From Christensenella sp. UBA1260 (GTDB lineage Bacteria > Bacillota > Clostridia > Christensenellales > CAG-917), in the NCBI GenBank assembly GCA_002308155.1, contig DBVQ01000012.1:3819-30358 (forward strand): a DNA stretch of 26,540 nucleotides, written 5' to 3'. The notes beneath the pieces were generated by a model, which was given only the letters and a program-made list of their open reading frames with translations, searched no databases and was not told where the DNA came from. Below, in pieces: positions 8,170 to 19,000 of the stretch (the first letter of the stretch is position 1; the number at the start of each line of letters is the position of its first letter). Position numbers and translations under genes: made by a program.

Positions 8170-8448
8170 CCCGACTTCGGCGTTGCCAAAGGCATCCGCC
8201 TTGTTCGCTTTGGCTACCAACAATTCACAGGATTGTTGGCTTAACGCGTCGCGCCAACGCGGAATAAGCCGAACACAAGTGCCAATGCTCCAAGGAATAA
8301 ACAGAATTGGTCGCATTGGCACGTTGCTATTCTCTGCAAGAGTGTACTACTCGCTCAGGGGACACCAAGTCGGCACCCTAAAATCCGTTTCCTCTATTCT
8401 TTGCCACTTCGCGTTCGTGGCGGCTCCGCCAACAGAATGCCACTCCTT

Positions 8449-8487
8449 GCTCGCACTGAGTGCAGACCGGGGCACTCCGGGGACTCC
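8449..8487. repeat. 39-bp direct repeat, copy 2
   Basis: GCTCGCACTGAGTGCAGACCGGGGCACTCCGGGGACTCC, followed by an overlapping 8-bp hairpin GACTCCGC-CTT-GCGGAGTC. Confidence 0.92.
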
Positions 8488-8528
8488 GCCTTGCGGAGTC
8501 GGTTCCGTCTTCGAAATAGTGAAGATTC

Positions 8529-8654
8529 AAAAACCGCGTGATTTTGATGAGATGCGCGAAAACAAAAAAAATCACCCCGCCCAATGTACTGGCGTACATG
8601 ACGGGGTGTATTTGTTGCAGTTGACAAAGCAGATCGCAAAATCACACGGTTTTT
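8529..8654. repeat. 126-bp segment bounded by an 18-bp inverted repeat
   Basis: AAAAACCGCGTGATTTTG (8529-8546) versus the reverse complement of 8637-8654, AAAAACCGTGTGATTTTG, with one mismatch. Confidence 0.85.
8559..8608 (-). terminator. Probable terminator of the minus-strand DUF1624 gene
   Basis: CACCCCG/CGGGGTG stem (8573-8579/8602-8608) with inner ATGTAC/GTACAT stem, followed on the minus strand by ATTTTTTTTGTTTT. Confidence 0.7.
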
Positions 8655-9618
8655 AGATGCCCCAAGTGCCTGTAAGGGCAAAAGTCGCAAGTTCTAATAT
8701 TCCTGCCAGAACGACAAGGTGGGCGAGGTAGAAATAGAGGGCGTATCTGCCGACAAAGGTTATCGGGGTGTGCCACTTGCCGTCGAGTTTTGGGAGCAAA
8801 GAGCGACGTTTTGGGTAGAGGAATGGAGCAAGCAATACGCCTGCAAAGAAGAAGGCAGAATATGGGATTATGCTGAACAAATCGCCAGGGGAGATTTCAT
8901 ATTGCTCATAAAACGCCAAATGATTGCCATAGATGTCTTTTGGGGCAAAGAATATTCCAAACACTCTGTGCGTGCTCGCGGGCGGAGTGTACAAGAAATA
9001 CAGGCACAAAACGACAATGATTATTGCTGCGCTAATCCCCACAATAATCCACTTTTGATACTTGGATTTTTGGGTTGCAAGAGCGATAATTGCATACAAT
9101 AGTATGCAAAATGCCAAAAAGTGCAGTACGCCAAAGGATGTGAAGACGCTCCCCGGGGCAAGGACTTCGGTGCTGTCAAATATGAGCGTCTGCACGCCGT
9201 ACGTGACGAGCGTATACAGGAGCGCAACGAGCGCGAGCAGTCCGCCGCGTTTCAAGTTTGAGCGCGAAAATGAACACGAAATCCCTGAAATTGAGAAGAA
9301 GATAAACAGCACAATCGGGTGGATTATGCGCCTTGTGAGGCTCTCAAAAAACCAGTTGAAACAGAACACGGAAAACTTGTCCCAAAGTGCGAAATCATAA
9401 TCGTACCAAGTGGGTGCAAAAAACGCCGCAATCAGCATTGTGAGGTGGTCAAGCACCATGAGACACACACAAAAACCGCGCAAAAAATCTATTTCCCAAA
9501 CGCGCGGTTTTTTGACCGGTGTTTTTGGGGCATTTTCTTGCGGTTTTTCGACATCTAACGCGGTATTTTGACTGTCGTCGACAATCTCGTTTTGCCGGGA
9601 GGTTTGTTCGTGTTCCAT
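8653..9618 (-). CDS. DUF1624 / heparan-alpha-glucosaminide N-acetyltransferase-like membrane protein (321 aa)
   Basis: RVWEIDFLRGFCVCLMVLDH N-terminal motif, FGVLHFLA, C-terminal GRYALYFYLAH and multiple TM segments. The start is set at 9618 (MEHEQ) because a promoter lies inside the longer 9747 extension. Confidence 0.88.
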   Translation of the reverse strand: MEHEQTSRQNEIVDDSQNTALDVEKPQENAPKTPVKKPRVWEIDFLRGFCVCLMVLDHLTMLIAAFFAPTWYDYDFALWDKFSVFCFNWFFESLTRRIIHPIVLFIFFSISGISCSFSRSNLKRGGLLALVALLYTLVTYGVQTLIFDSTEVLAPGSVFTSFGVLHFLAFCILLYAIIALATQKSKYQKWIIVGISAAIIIVVLCLYFLYTPPASTHRVFGIFFAPKDIYGNHLAFYEQYEISPGDLFSIIPYSAFFFAGVLLAPFLYPKRRSLLPKLDGKWHTPITFVGRYALYFYLAHLVVLAGILELATFALTGTWGI

Positions 9619-9625
9619 ATATGAA

Positions 9626-9654
9626 ATAGTAGCATCAAGTGCCCGCCGTGTCAA
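9626..9654 (-). promoter_or_regulatory. sigA promoter placing +1 at or near the ATG (leaderless)
   Basis: Minus strand TTGACA (9654-9649), 17 nt, TG-C-TACTAT (9631-9626), 7 nt, ATG (9618). No SD. Confidence 0.75.
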
Positions 9655-9848
9655 CTGCAAAATGCAGGGGAACAACGGCGCAGCAAGCGGGGCAGACAAC
9701 AAGCTTTGTTTTGAAAAATATTTTTGAAAAAGTTTTTGCTTAAACATAGTTTATGGGTGTCACATTTGGGCGCAAATCACAATAGATTGTGTATGGATAT
9801 GCGCACGCACACTACCTGTTGCGATGAGTAAGAAAAAAAAGTTTGGTA

Positions 9849-9876
9849 TTGACTTTTAGTGCACGCGTGGTATAAT
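9849..9876 (+). promoter_or_regulatory. Near-consensus sigA promoter of the giant gene
   Basis: TTGACT (9849-9854), 16 nt, TG-G-TATAAT (9871-9876), with an A8 tract at 9833-9840 as an UP-like element. SD GGAGGAG at 9928-9934. Confidence 0.85.
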
Positions 9877-9937
9877 TATTGTGTGTAATAATCTGCACAT
9901 ACGCGCATTATACGTGCGTATGAGCATGGAGGAGATT

Positions 9938-10012
9938 ATGAAAAAGCAAAAGTTACCACTTATCTTGTTGCTCGTGCTTGTGATCTTTATGATTGCAACA
10001 CTTGCTGCATGT
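9938..10012 (+). other. Lipoprotein signal peptide (signal peptidase II) with lipobox
   Basis: MKKQK + LPLILLLVLVIFMIAT + LAAC (Cys25 at 10010-10012), followed by a Ser/Gly/Pro-rich tether NPSTRRSGGNGSSIIDVPVVPTPDEPTENE. Confidence 0.9.
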
Positions 10013-13000
10013 AACCCGTCCACTCGTAGATCGGGCGGAAACGGATCGTCAATTATTGACGTACCAGTCGTTCCGACTCCGGATGAACCGACCGAAAACG
10101 AAAGGTATCTGGGATCACAGGACGCATGGAGCATATTGAAGTTGGCGGCACTCAACGCATCCGCACAAGGCAAGGACGCAAACTTCCTCAACTTCGATAC
10201 GGCGATTAATTTCGGGTTCGCCAAAGATACATACAATGCGCAATACGTGCTGCGTATCGCAGGCAGTATCTATACGGACTTCGACAAGACGCAATCGGGC
10301 AAAGATCCGAGCACAATATTGTTTGAGCTCACAAGGACTTCCAAGAACGTTTTGCCAAATGGTGAAGAGCAGCTCATTTATGACGATGAGCCTGTCATGA
10401 GTTTGTATTATCTTGACGAACAGATCATCCTTGACATTTCCGGACTTAAGAAAGGTGCGCACGTTGTCAAGACGAGCGACATCGATCTCGCGGCTCTCAT
10501 CACAAAACTTGACGGCATCGTTGACAAGATCGGCATCTCTGACTTGTTGTGGGACAAGGTGTTCACGATGAACATCGGCCAACTCATCAAGCAACTCGCC
10601 GGCATGGACATCGTCAACGTATCGCTTGAAGATTTGATTGTAAACTTCTTGTTTGGCTCAAACAAGAGTCGTTTTATTGATTATGGCGAGGGACACACAC
10701 AACTCCAAATCCCGTGCGATCTTTCATTGATTGCATCAATTTTGCCACTTGTTCAAAGCCTTATTCCAGAAGATATCTTCGACTTGGTCGACAGAGTGCT
10801 CGGTATTGACCTCCAAAAGATCGGCGCACTCAGCGGCATGGCTCTCTACCTCCAAGCAGATATCTATGACGACAAGCTCGCCGGTATTGACGCGGACATC
10901 GACGTCAACCTCAATTCCTTCGGCAAAGAAGAAATAATCAAGAAATACGGCATATTCCAAAACGAAATCGGCATCAACCTCGGCTATACGAAGTTTGACT
11001 TTGCCGGCACTTCCGACGTCAACGTCAGAGAAGTTGTAAATACAAAGTATCAAAGCGGCCTCGACAACATCAAGGACTACTCCATCCTCACTTTCGAAGG
11101 CAGGATGACAATCAATGTCAATGCAATTGACAAGACTGTCAAGATTGACAATATCATCGGCTCGTTCGGCACATTGATTTCCGGACTGCTTGAACAATAT
11201 CTTGATGCAGACTTGCTTGCAAGTCTTGCTCCGCTCTTCCAAAAGAACGTTGACTTCCACAAGGGCACGTTCACGTTTGGTTTGAGCTTGCAGGGTACAA
11301 TCAACACGCGCGACAATTCAAAGACGAATATCGCTCTTGAATTGGTGTCTGAAGACAACACAACTGCACTCGGCGTCTACTATGTGGGCGAAATGAACGC
11401 ACTCTATATTGACGCAAGCCATCTCCTCACGGGTGTTCCGGACGGAAACGGCGGCTATTCGGGTGCAAAAGTCAAAATCACGCAATGGGAAGGCAAGCCT
11501 CTCAACCTCAATGAAATTGTTGACGGCCTCTTTGATAAGGTCGGCGACATTATTGTTAATGCAATCAACAACATTGACATCTTCAAGAAAGAAGATCAAC
11601 AAACACTTCAAAATGTGAAGGCTGTTGTTGACGGCGTGCTTGAGGACAAGACTCTCCTCATCCCGCACAACGGATTTACATCCGCAGACGATGAGCAAAC
11701 TGTCGATACAATGACGCTCATCAATATGATTCTTGATTGCATCGACATCAATATGGACGGCAACATCTTCAATATTACGGAGATCAACGTCCAAATCACA
11801 CAAGCTGTTTTGAGTGCAATCCTTGGTCTCGTCCTCAAGGGAGATAACGCAGGAATCAAGATTCCTGTCACAAACATTGATTTGCACTATGCAAACCAAG
11901 GTGTCGGCAAGATCAAGACCCTTGGCCTCAATATCGGTCTCGGCGTTGACGTGGCAGCTCCTCCTGTATCCTTGGATCTCTCGGGCAGACTCCAACTCGG
12001 TCAACTCACGGATTCAGACAGCTTCATGGGCAAGATCAACGACGTCATTGCCAGCGACAATCAATACATCTCGATTCTCGAAGACGGCACGCTTGACATA
12101 AGCAAATTCAACATTTCGTTGTCAACCGGTCTCGCGATTGATTTGTCCACAATCCAAGGCAACCTTGGCGAAATCAACATTGCACTTGACAAACTCGGAT
12201 TGGCGGACGATTTGCTCTCGGGTATGTCGGCGCAGATTTTGATGGCGCTCGGCACGATTCAAGGCGGACTCAACATCAACCTCGATGCAAGCATCGACTT
12301 GTCAATGGGTCTCTCACTTGATACGCTCCTCAATTCGCAAATCAAACTCACAATCACGAAATCGCCGAAGTATTATGACAAGACCAGCGTTCCTGTGCCT
12401 GCGGGATACGCAGACACATATTACAGCCTCAGCAGCACCGGACAATACGTCGAAGACGTAAACGGCAAGTATTGGAAGGAAGAGAAGCAATTGCTCAGCG
12501 TATGCTTGGCAGACGGCTACATCTATCTTGACTTGTCCGTGTTGTTCGTTGGTGTTGAAAAAGTCAAAGTCAAAGTTGAAGATATCATGAGTCTCTTCGC
12601 CAAAGACGAAGAGCCTGCTGCATCTGCGGCAGAAGCTCTTGCCAGCGATGAAGAGGGCGGACTCCTTGGCGACATCTCCGTTGACGATATCATCGGACTC
12701 ATCGGACTTGTTATCGGCGACATCAAGGTGACGGACGGATTTATTGAAATCGCAATCGCATCCGGCATCATTGACAACATCATGGATATGCTCGGCATCA
12801 AGGGCATTGACATCAAGTTCTATGAGGAAGACGAGGGCGCAACAGATACAACAGGCGGTATTCGTCTTGCAGTGCCTGACACGCTCAACCTTGATGACTT
12901 GCAAGTTGAAGTTTGGCTCGCAGTCGGCAAGAACCTTGACCTCACAGTCGCACTCAACGGCTTCAAGGCAGGTATTGTTGAAAGAGATCTCTCTCCTGCG

Positions 13001-16000
13001 GACAAAGACCAATACACAAATATTTTTGAAGCACCTTATGCTTCAATCGATTTAAGACTCGGATTTGACTTCTATGGCGACGAAGGCGAAACAGACTTCG
13101 AACTCGGCACAAATGCTGAGGACATAGTTGTTGTTCCGTTCACTTTCAACGATCCGATGTCCTTTGAATACAAGCTCAGAGTGGCGGGCGATCTTGACCT
13201 CACACCAATCATCGACTACTTGTTTGGCGCACCTTCAATCAACACGAAGGACAATTCAAGCGAACTCCTCATTGAAATCACGGGCTCCAAGTTCGGTCGT
13301 CAAGAGGAAGTCTTGCTTGGTTTGTACTATACGGGCGGCACGCTATATATCGATGGCGCCAACTTTGGTATCACCAGAGTTTCAACGGATATTGACCTCT
13401 ATGAACTCATCCTCAACCTCATCATGAGCGACGTCAACGTCAAGATCAACGACGTCGGCGGCTCTACTGTTGCGGACGCACTTGTGAGCGGCGATGACGA
13501 AGAGAGCAGCGGCGCAAGAGAGAAGATAGCCTTTGCGGTTATGGCACTCCTTGCTTCCGATCGTATTAAGGTTGAAGTGACAAAGGGTATCACCGAGGCA
13601 ATCTTCCAAGTCTTCGGCGTTGATACAAACAACGCAGTCGCATATCTCAGCTATGTTTGGGACAACTATCAAGAGCAAGAATACAACAGCGCTCAACAAC
13701 AATTCCCGCACGGCGACGAGATGTTCTCCTTTACAGGTGCAATTTACAACGAAAACAACCAATACATCGGTGCGGCGACAATCTATGCAAGCCACGAGAC
13801 GTCAATCAAGGTCAAGAACCAACTCAACGGCCTCACGATTGCGCACCCAGTGTATGACCCAACCACACATCAGCCAATAGACAAGGTTTACACGCTTGCG
13901 GAATACGTGCACGCGAGCAACATCCACGGCGGATTTGACGAAGTCACGCTCTTCAACGACAGCAAAGACATCGTGTTGCCAAGCGTTTTCTTGGAACTCA
14001 AGGGTACAATCTCTCTTGATGCTTCAGCGGGCAACGAAGAGTGGACAATCGGTGAGTGGATTGAAAACTTCTTGTGCGATACAGACTTTGTCAAACTTGA
14101 TGAAGACACCGGATTGTACTCCGAAGTTTACAAATATGCAGGCAACGGCAATTACAAAGTGCTCTCCGCACAAGAAAGAGACGGCTACACCGGCGACAAG
14201 TATGTCAAGGTGTATGCAGAGGGCGGCACTATCGCATTCAACAAAGTTGACGACAGAGACAGTTTGACAAGCAATTCAAACATCTTCGTCAAGGTGGGCG
14301 ATACATATAGACGCGCAGTTCTCTCCGAAGTCCCACAAAATGAAACAATCTATGAACAAGATGCATTGACCTCGTTCATTGCTGATTTGTTGCTCCAATA
14401 CAACATCCCATCCGATATTGCAAGAGAGTTTGGTTTCCGTATCGCAGTCAAGTTGAGACTCAATCCGGAAGTTCCAATCAACCTTACGGCAAATATCATC
14501 TATGCAGAACTTGGCGATGACAATCCTGCATATACAGAAGTCTATAAACTCGTCAAGAACGAATACAAGTTGTTGGAAGGCGAGGAGAGAACAAGCTATC
14601 AAGGCAAGAAGTATGTCAAACAATACTTGCCGGACGGCATCCCGCTCAAAGCAATCGGCAGCAGAACAGAGCTTGAAGGCGTTGACAAAGTCTATGTCAA
14701 GGTTGGCGACAACTTTATCAAAGTTGACCCAAGCAAAGTTGAAAACGATACGCTCTACATTGCCAAGTCCTTGCTTGACCTCAACTATATCTTGTCTCAT
14801 ACAGACCTCGCAATTGAACTCTACAACAAGAACATCACAACAGTTGACAGCATGACATCGCTTGCTGAAAAGAACAAGGCTACAATCCTTGCTGTGCGTC
14901 TTGTTGCAGAACAAGATTCCGACGGCAACTACACAGGCACAAGTTCCATCTATCTTGACTTCAAAGATGACTTCCACATGGCAATAAGCAACCTCAATCT
15001 TGCAAGCTTGCTTGATACAGTGCTTGGACTCTTCAACAAAGACGATAGTTCCAGCGGCGAGGCTCAAACCTCGGGCGAAGCACAAACATCAGGCTTGCTC
15101 GACGGCATTGATATGAGCAATCCGTCAAGCATCATTGACACGTTGAAGGGCGTCATCGGCGGTGTTATCGGCACAATCAATGCTGACCAAGAAGGCTTCA
15201 AGATCAACCTTGCACAAGGTCTTGTGCTCATGCTTGTCAACATGATCACGGGCAAGAAGATCACCGCAGACAAGTTCTTGCAACTCAATCCTGACACGAG
15301 CTTCTTGGAGTTCTATTGGGAATATGCGCTCAAGTTCAGCATCGGTATTGATCCACTTGCATTTGCAATCAGCTTGTCTCAACTCAGAATTGAGTTGGGT
15401 GGCAGCGCAAGCGTATTGCCAAGCGACTTCAACAAAGCAAATTATATGTCCGTCGATCAACTCGACGAAATCTCGCTCCAGATGGCTCTTGACCTCAACT
15501 TGAAGCTCAAGGGACAACAGGAGCAAATCAGACTTGAAAAATATCTCGACGTGCTCATTGCAGACCTCGGGCTCAAACTTGGCATCGACTTCCCAACAGT
15601 GGATATGGATGCAAGATACAGCCTGACGCTTGGCGCAAACCTCGCACTTGACGATCCGAACAGTACACAAATTGTCCTCGAACTCTTGGATATGGCAGAG
15701 GATCCTGACGACGGCGAAATCGTCATGGGTGTCTATATCGACGGTCCGGAACTCTTTGTTGATATGGGCAAGTTCTCCAAGCAAGCAATCCACGTTGCAA
15801 ATACTGACATCGCTGACCGTCTCTGCGCGTTCATAAGTGAACTCATGGGCAAGATCGGCGAAGATGTCCCAGCAATCACAACTTCGGATGCATTTACTGC
15901 GGCAGACGACGTTTCTGCTGACCAAGCTATGGCTATCATGCTGAGCCTCGCCAACGGCAAACTCGGCTTGCTCGTCACAGAAAATGTTATCATTGGTCTC

Positions 16001-19000
16001 ATCGCGGCACTTGCCGGCAACACAGCGGTCACAAACGGCAAATCCATCACGGAAATCATCAAGGAGTTTGACCTTGATCTCGCACTCAATGTTGACGTTG
16101 CTGTTTCTCCGGAAATCGCACTTGACTTGAGCTTGGACAGCAACCTCATCGCACTTGAGATTTCACTCCACGACCTTGGCATTGCAACAGGCAAAGACAA
16201 CGATACGGCAGAGGGTATTTCTCTCAAGCTTGAAAGTGCTGTTGCAAGAAAGGACCTTGTTCTTATTGAACCAGGCGATGTCATCCCAGATGCAGAAAAA
16301 TATGACGAACAAGGCAATCAAAGCAATAGCGGTGCGTACAAGAAAGTTGACCACTTCAAGCAACAAGCAGATGCTCACATAATCTCCATTGACCTCGCAA
16401 TCGTGGTCGATTACAGAGCGTGCGCAACATATGTTCGTCTTGATGACGAAACACTTGCAAACTATCCGCTTGATGAGAGATATGAAAAGAACGCAAAAGA
16501 CGGCAAATTCGTCAAAGACCCAAGAGGTCATTATGTAAGAGACGGCTTCACATACGACCAGCTTCTCGATGCAATCTTTGGTTTGCCGGCGCTTGCAAGC
16601 ATCATGTCTTATGCGCTTCCTGTCGTGCGTTTTGGCGGCGAGAGCTTTGTCTCAGCCAACACAGACGGCTCGCTCACAGTTGGTGCTTTGCTTGAGCACC
16701 TCGGCCTCAGCGTGCTCCTCGATTCTGCAATCGCTGACAGCTTCCTCGTTGAAATCGGTCTCAAAGTTGACCTTGAAAAACTTGGCTTGTTTGATGAAAC
16801 AACAGGCGATTTGAAGCCAATTGACACAATTGTCATAACAGGTGCAAACCTCATCCGCGCACTTGAAGCAAAGATTGCAATAGACTTTGACTTTGAGCAC
16901 AATCGCGGTGCAACAAAGGTTGGTATCTATCTTGCAGACGGCGAGCTCTTCCTTGACCTCTCCGGCATTGGCAGTGAAAAGATCAGAATCAGTGTTGATC
17001 CGCTTCTTGATTTGCTCACAGAAGTCATGCCAAACAACTTTGACATCAGAGAGTTCAGCTTCAAAGTTGGCGATGTGGTTGATTTGGTCAAGAACATGAT
17101 CGGCGGCGACGATGCAGGCACAGATGCAGTTGTATCGGCAGACGATGACGAAGGCGGCGTGCTTGACGGACTTGACCTCAACGGTATCATGTCAATCATC
17201 AATGCGGCAATCACAAGAATCAGCCTTGAAGCTGCAGAGTATGTCAAGAATCCGGGGCTTTACAGAGTCAAGGATTTGGGCGTTTTCCTCAGCGCAAACA
17301 TCATCAATGATTTGCTTTCAATCTTGACAGGCGAAGAGATTTACTTTGAACAAAGTGTTCTTGACGAATCTCAAAGCGGCATCTTCTTGACATTTGGCGA
17401 CGACTCCTTCAGAGACTTGTATGACAGCGATATGTGGTCATTGAGGCTCTTGTTTGCCTTGGCAAACAAAGAAGACGTCAATGCAGAAGAAGTTGACGAA
17501 GACAAGACATACAAAGTTGACATCAAGTTTGGTCTCAACCTTGAAATCAACGTTGAAAGCAGTGAAACAGTAGTAAGCCTTGTTCCGCAAAACGACAGAC
17601 TCAACTTCATCAGCCTTGACGAATATGTTGAGAACTTGCTCAATGTATTCAACAAGGTGCTTGATTGCACTTATGACGAAGTTGCATCTCCTGCTGCGGG
17701 CAAGTTGTACTATACGTTTGCAAGCGATGCAAACGGCGACTATGTCTATCAAAACGGCACCTATCGTGAGCTTTTGAACACGAAGGATGACGAAGGCAAT
17801 ATCACGGGCAAAGAAGACGCAGGCGACAAGGCTCGCTTTGCACGCAGCTATGCAATGGTTGTCGGCGGCAAGAAGAGAGCAGTGTCCTTTGTCAAAGACC
17901 CGGACGGCGAATATACGTTTGATGAAAACAAGGGCACGTTTGTCCCTGTGTACGCAGGCGTAGGCGCGAACAATATATATAGTGTTCAAGTTGGCGACGA
18001 ACTTGCAAACGACGTCAAACTTTATGCAAGAAACGACATTGAAGAGTATGTTGATCAAAACATCTCATTCAGCGTTTCCGGTCTTGTGTACTTCAATTCC
18101 AACGGAGTTGGATACTCCAACCTCGGCGGACTTTTTGAAAGCTTGCTCGGCGATATGCTCATTGAACTCCAAACACTCAGTGCATTCCACAACGGCATTG
18201 GCTTCAAGCTTTCCGCAAACCTTGACCTCGGCGCAATCAACTTTGCAGGTCTCATGGACAGCAGTGGCGATCACGGCTCAATCCTCGACAGCGACTTTGA
18301 CAAGATTGAACTTGCACTTGAACTCATTGAAACAAACACAGAAAACGACTTTGTCAAGATTCCAAAGAAACAAGGCAGCAGTACTGTCTATGTTGACAAG
18401 GTGCTTGGTGGTATTTATCTGCACAACGGTTCACTCTATCTTGACGCAACCGGTATTGTTGACGTTGCTGAAAACTACTCCAAGATTGACAACTTTATGG
18501 ATATCTTGAACGCAATCATCGACAAGGGCGGCGCGTTTATTGACAAGATCAAGACTGTGTTCAGCAGTGAAGAGAACTCAGATGCTGTGACATCCGCAGA
18601 CGGCGGCAACAACCAAGTCATCCGCGATGCAATCCTTGCACTCGTCTATGGCGACAAGGCATTCCAAATCCAACTCACACGTTCAATCCTCTCACTCCTC
18701 ATCTCTTCAATCTTGCCTGATCTCGGTTCAATTGAAGACGTGTTTGATATGTTTGAAATCTCCTTGAATGTACAACACGGCGAGGAAATCTACTCCAAGG
18801 TTGCAGATATTGAAGCGGGTGTTCCTGCTGAAGAAAAGACAAAGTATTATGAGATAGAGATTGGCGGCAATTTGTATTATGTCACCAACAGCTATCAACT
18901 CTACTATAAAGACGGCGAAGATCAATATCACGAAGCTGCTCCAGGATACGTTGGCACAACTTATGTCTTGTATTATGACGACTATCGTGAAGTCCTCCAT

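Noticed and set aside
8131-8487. 39-bp direct repeats as a CRISPR array
   Set aside because: There are only two copies, the gap is 279 bp rather than about 30-40 bp, and no cas genes are present.
8076-8530. tmRNA, RNase P RNA or tRNA
   Set aside because: No GAGGAAAGTCC/ACAGAAxxxGGCTTA pair in correct form, and no T-loop before the CCACCA at 8076-8081 on the minus strand.
8048-8690. 202-aa plus-strand ORF and small minus-strand ORFs in the intergenic interval
   Set aside because: They run through terminators and palindromic repeats, have no SD, and show atypical composition.
3605-9726. Identical GAAAAATATTTTTG at 3605-3618 and 9713-9726, partial copy at 1182
   Set aside because: It is a low-complexity AT palindrome typical of UP elements, at inconsistent distances from promoters.
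9619-9747. Longer N-terminus of the DUF1624 ORF (start 9747), and likewise starts 1293 and 2230 for other genes
   Set aside because: Promoter or SD positions favour the downstream ATGs at 9618, 1323 and 2242.
15056-15091. GEAQTS tandem duplication as a variable-number repeat
   Set aside because: The two 18-bp copies differ at several synonymous positions, so it is an old duplication of the loop motif and not an active slippage locus.
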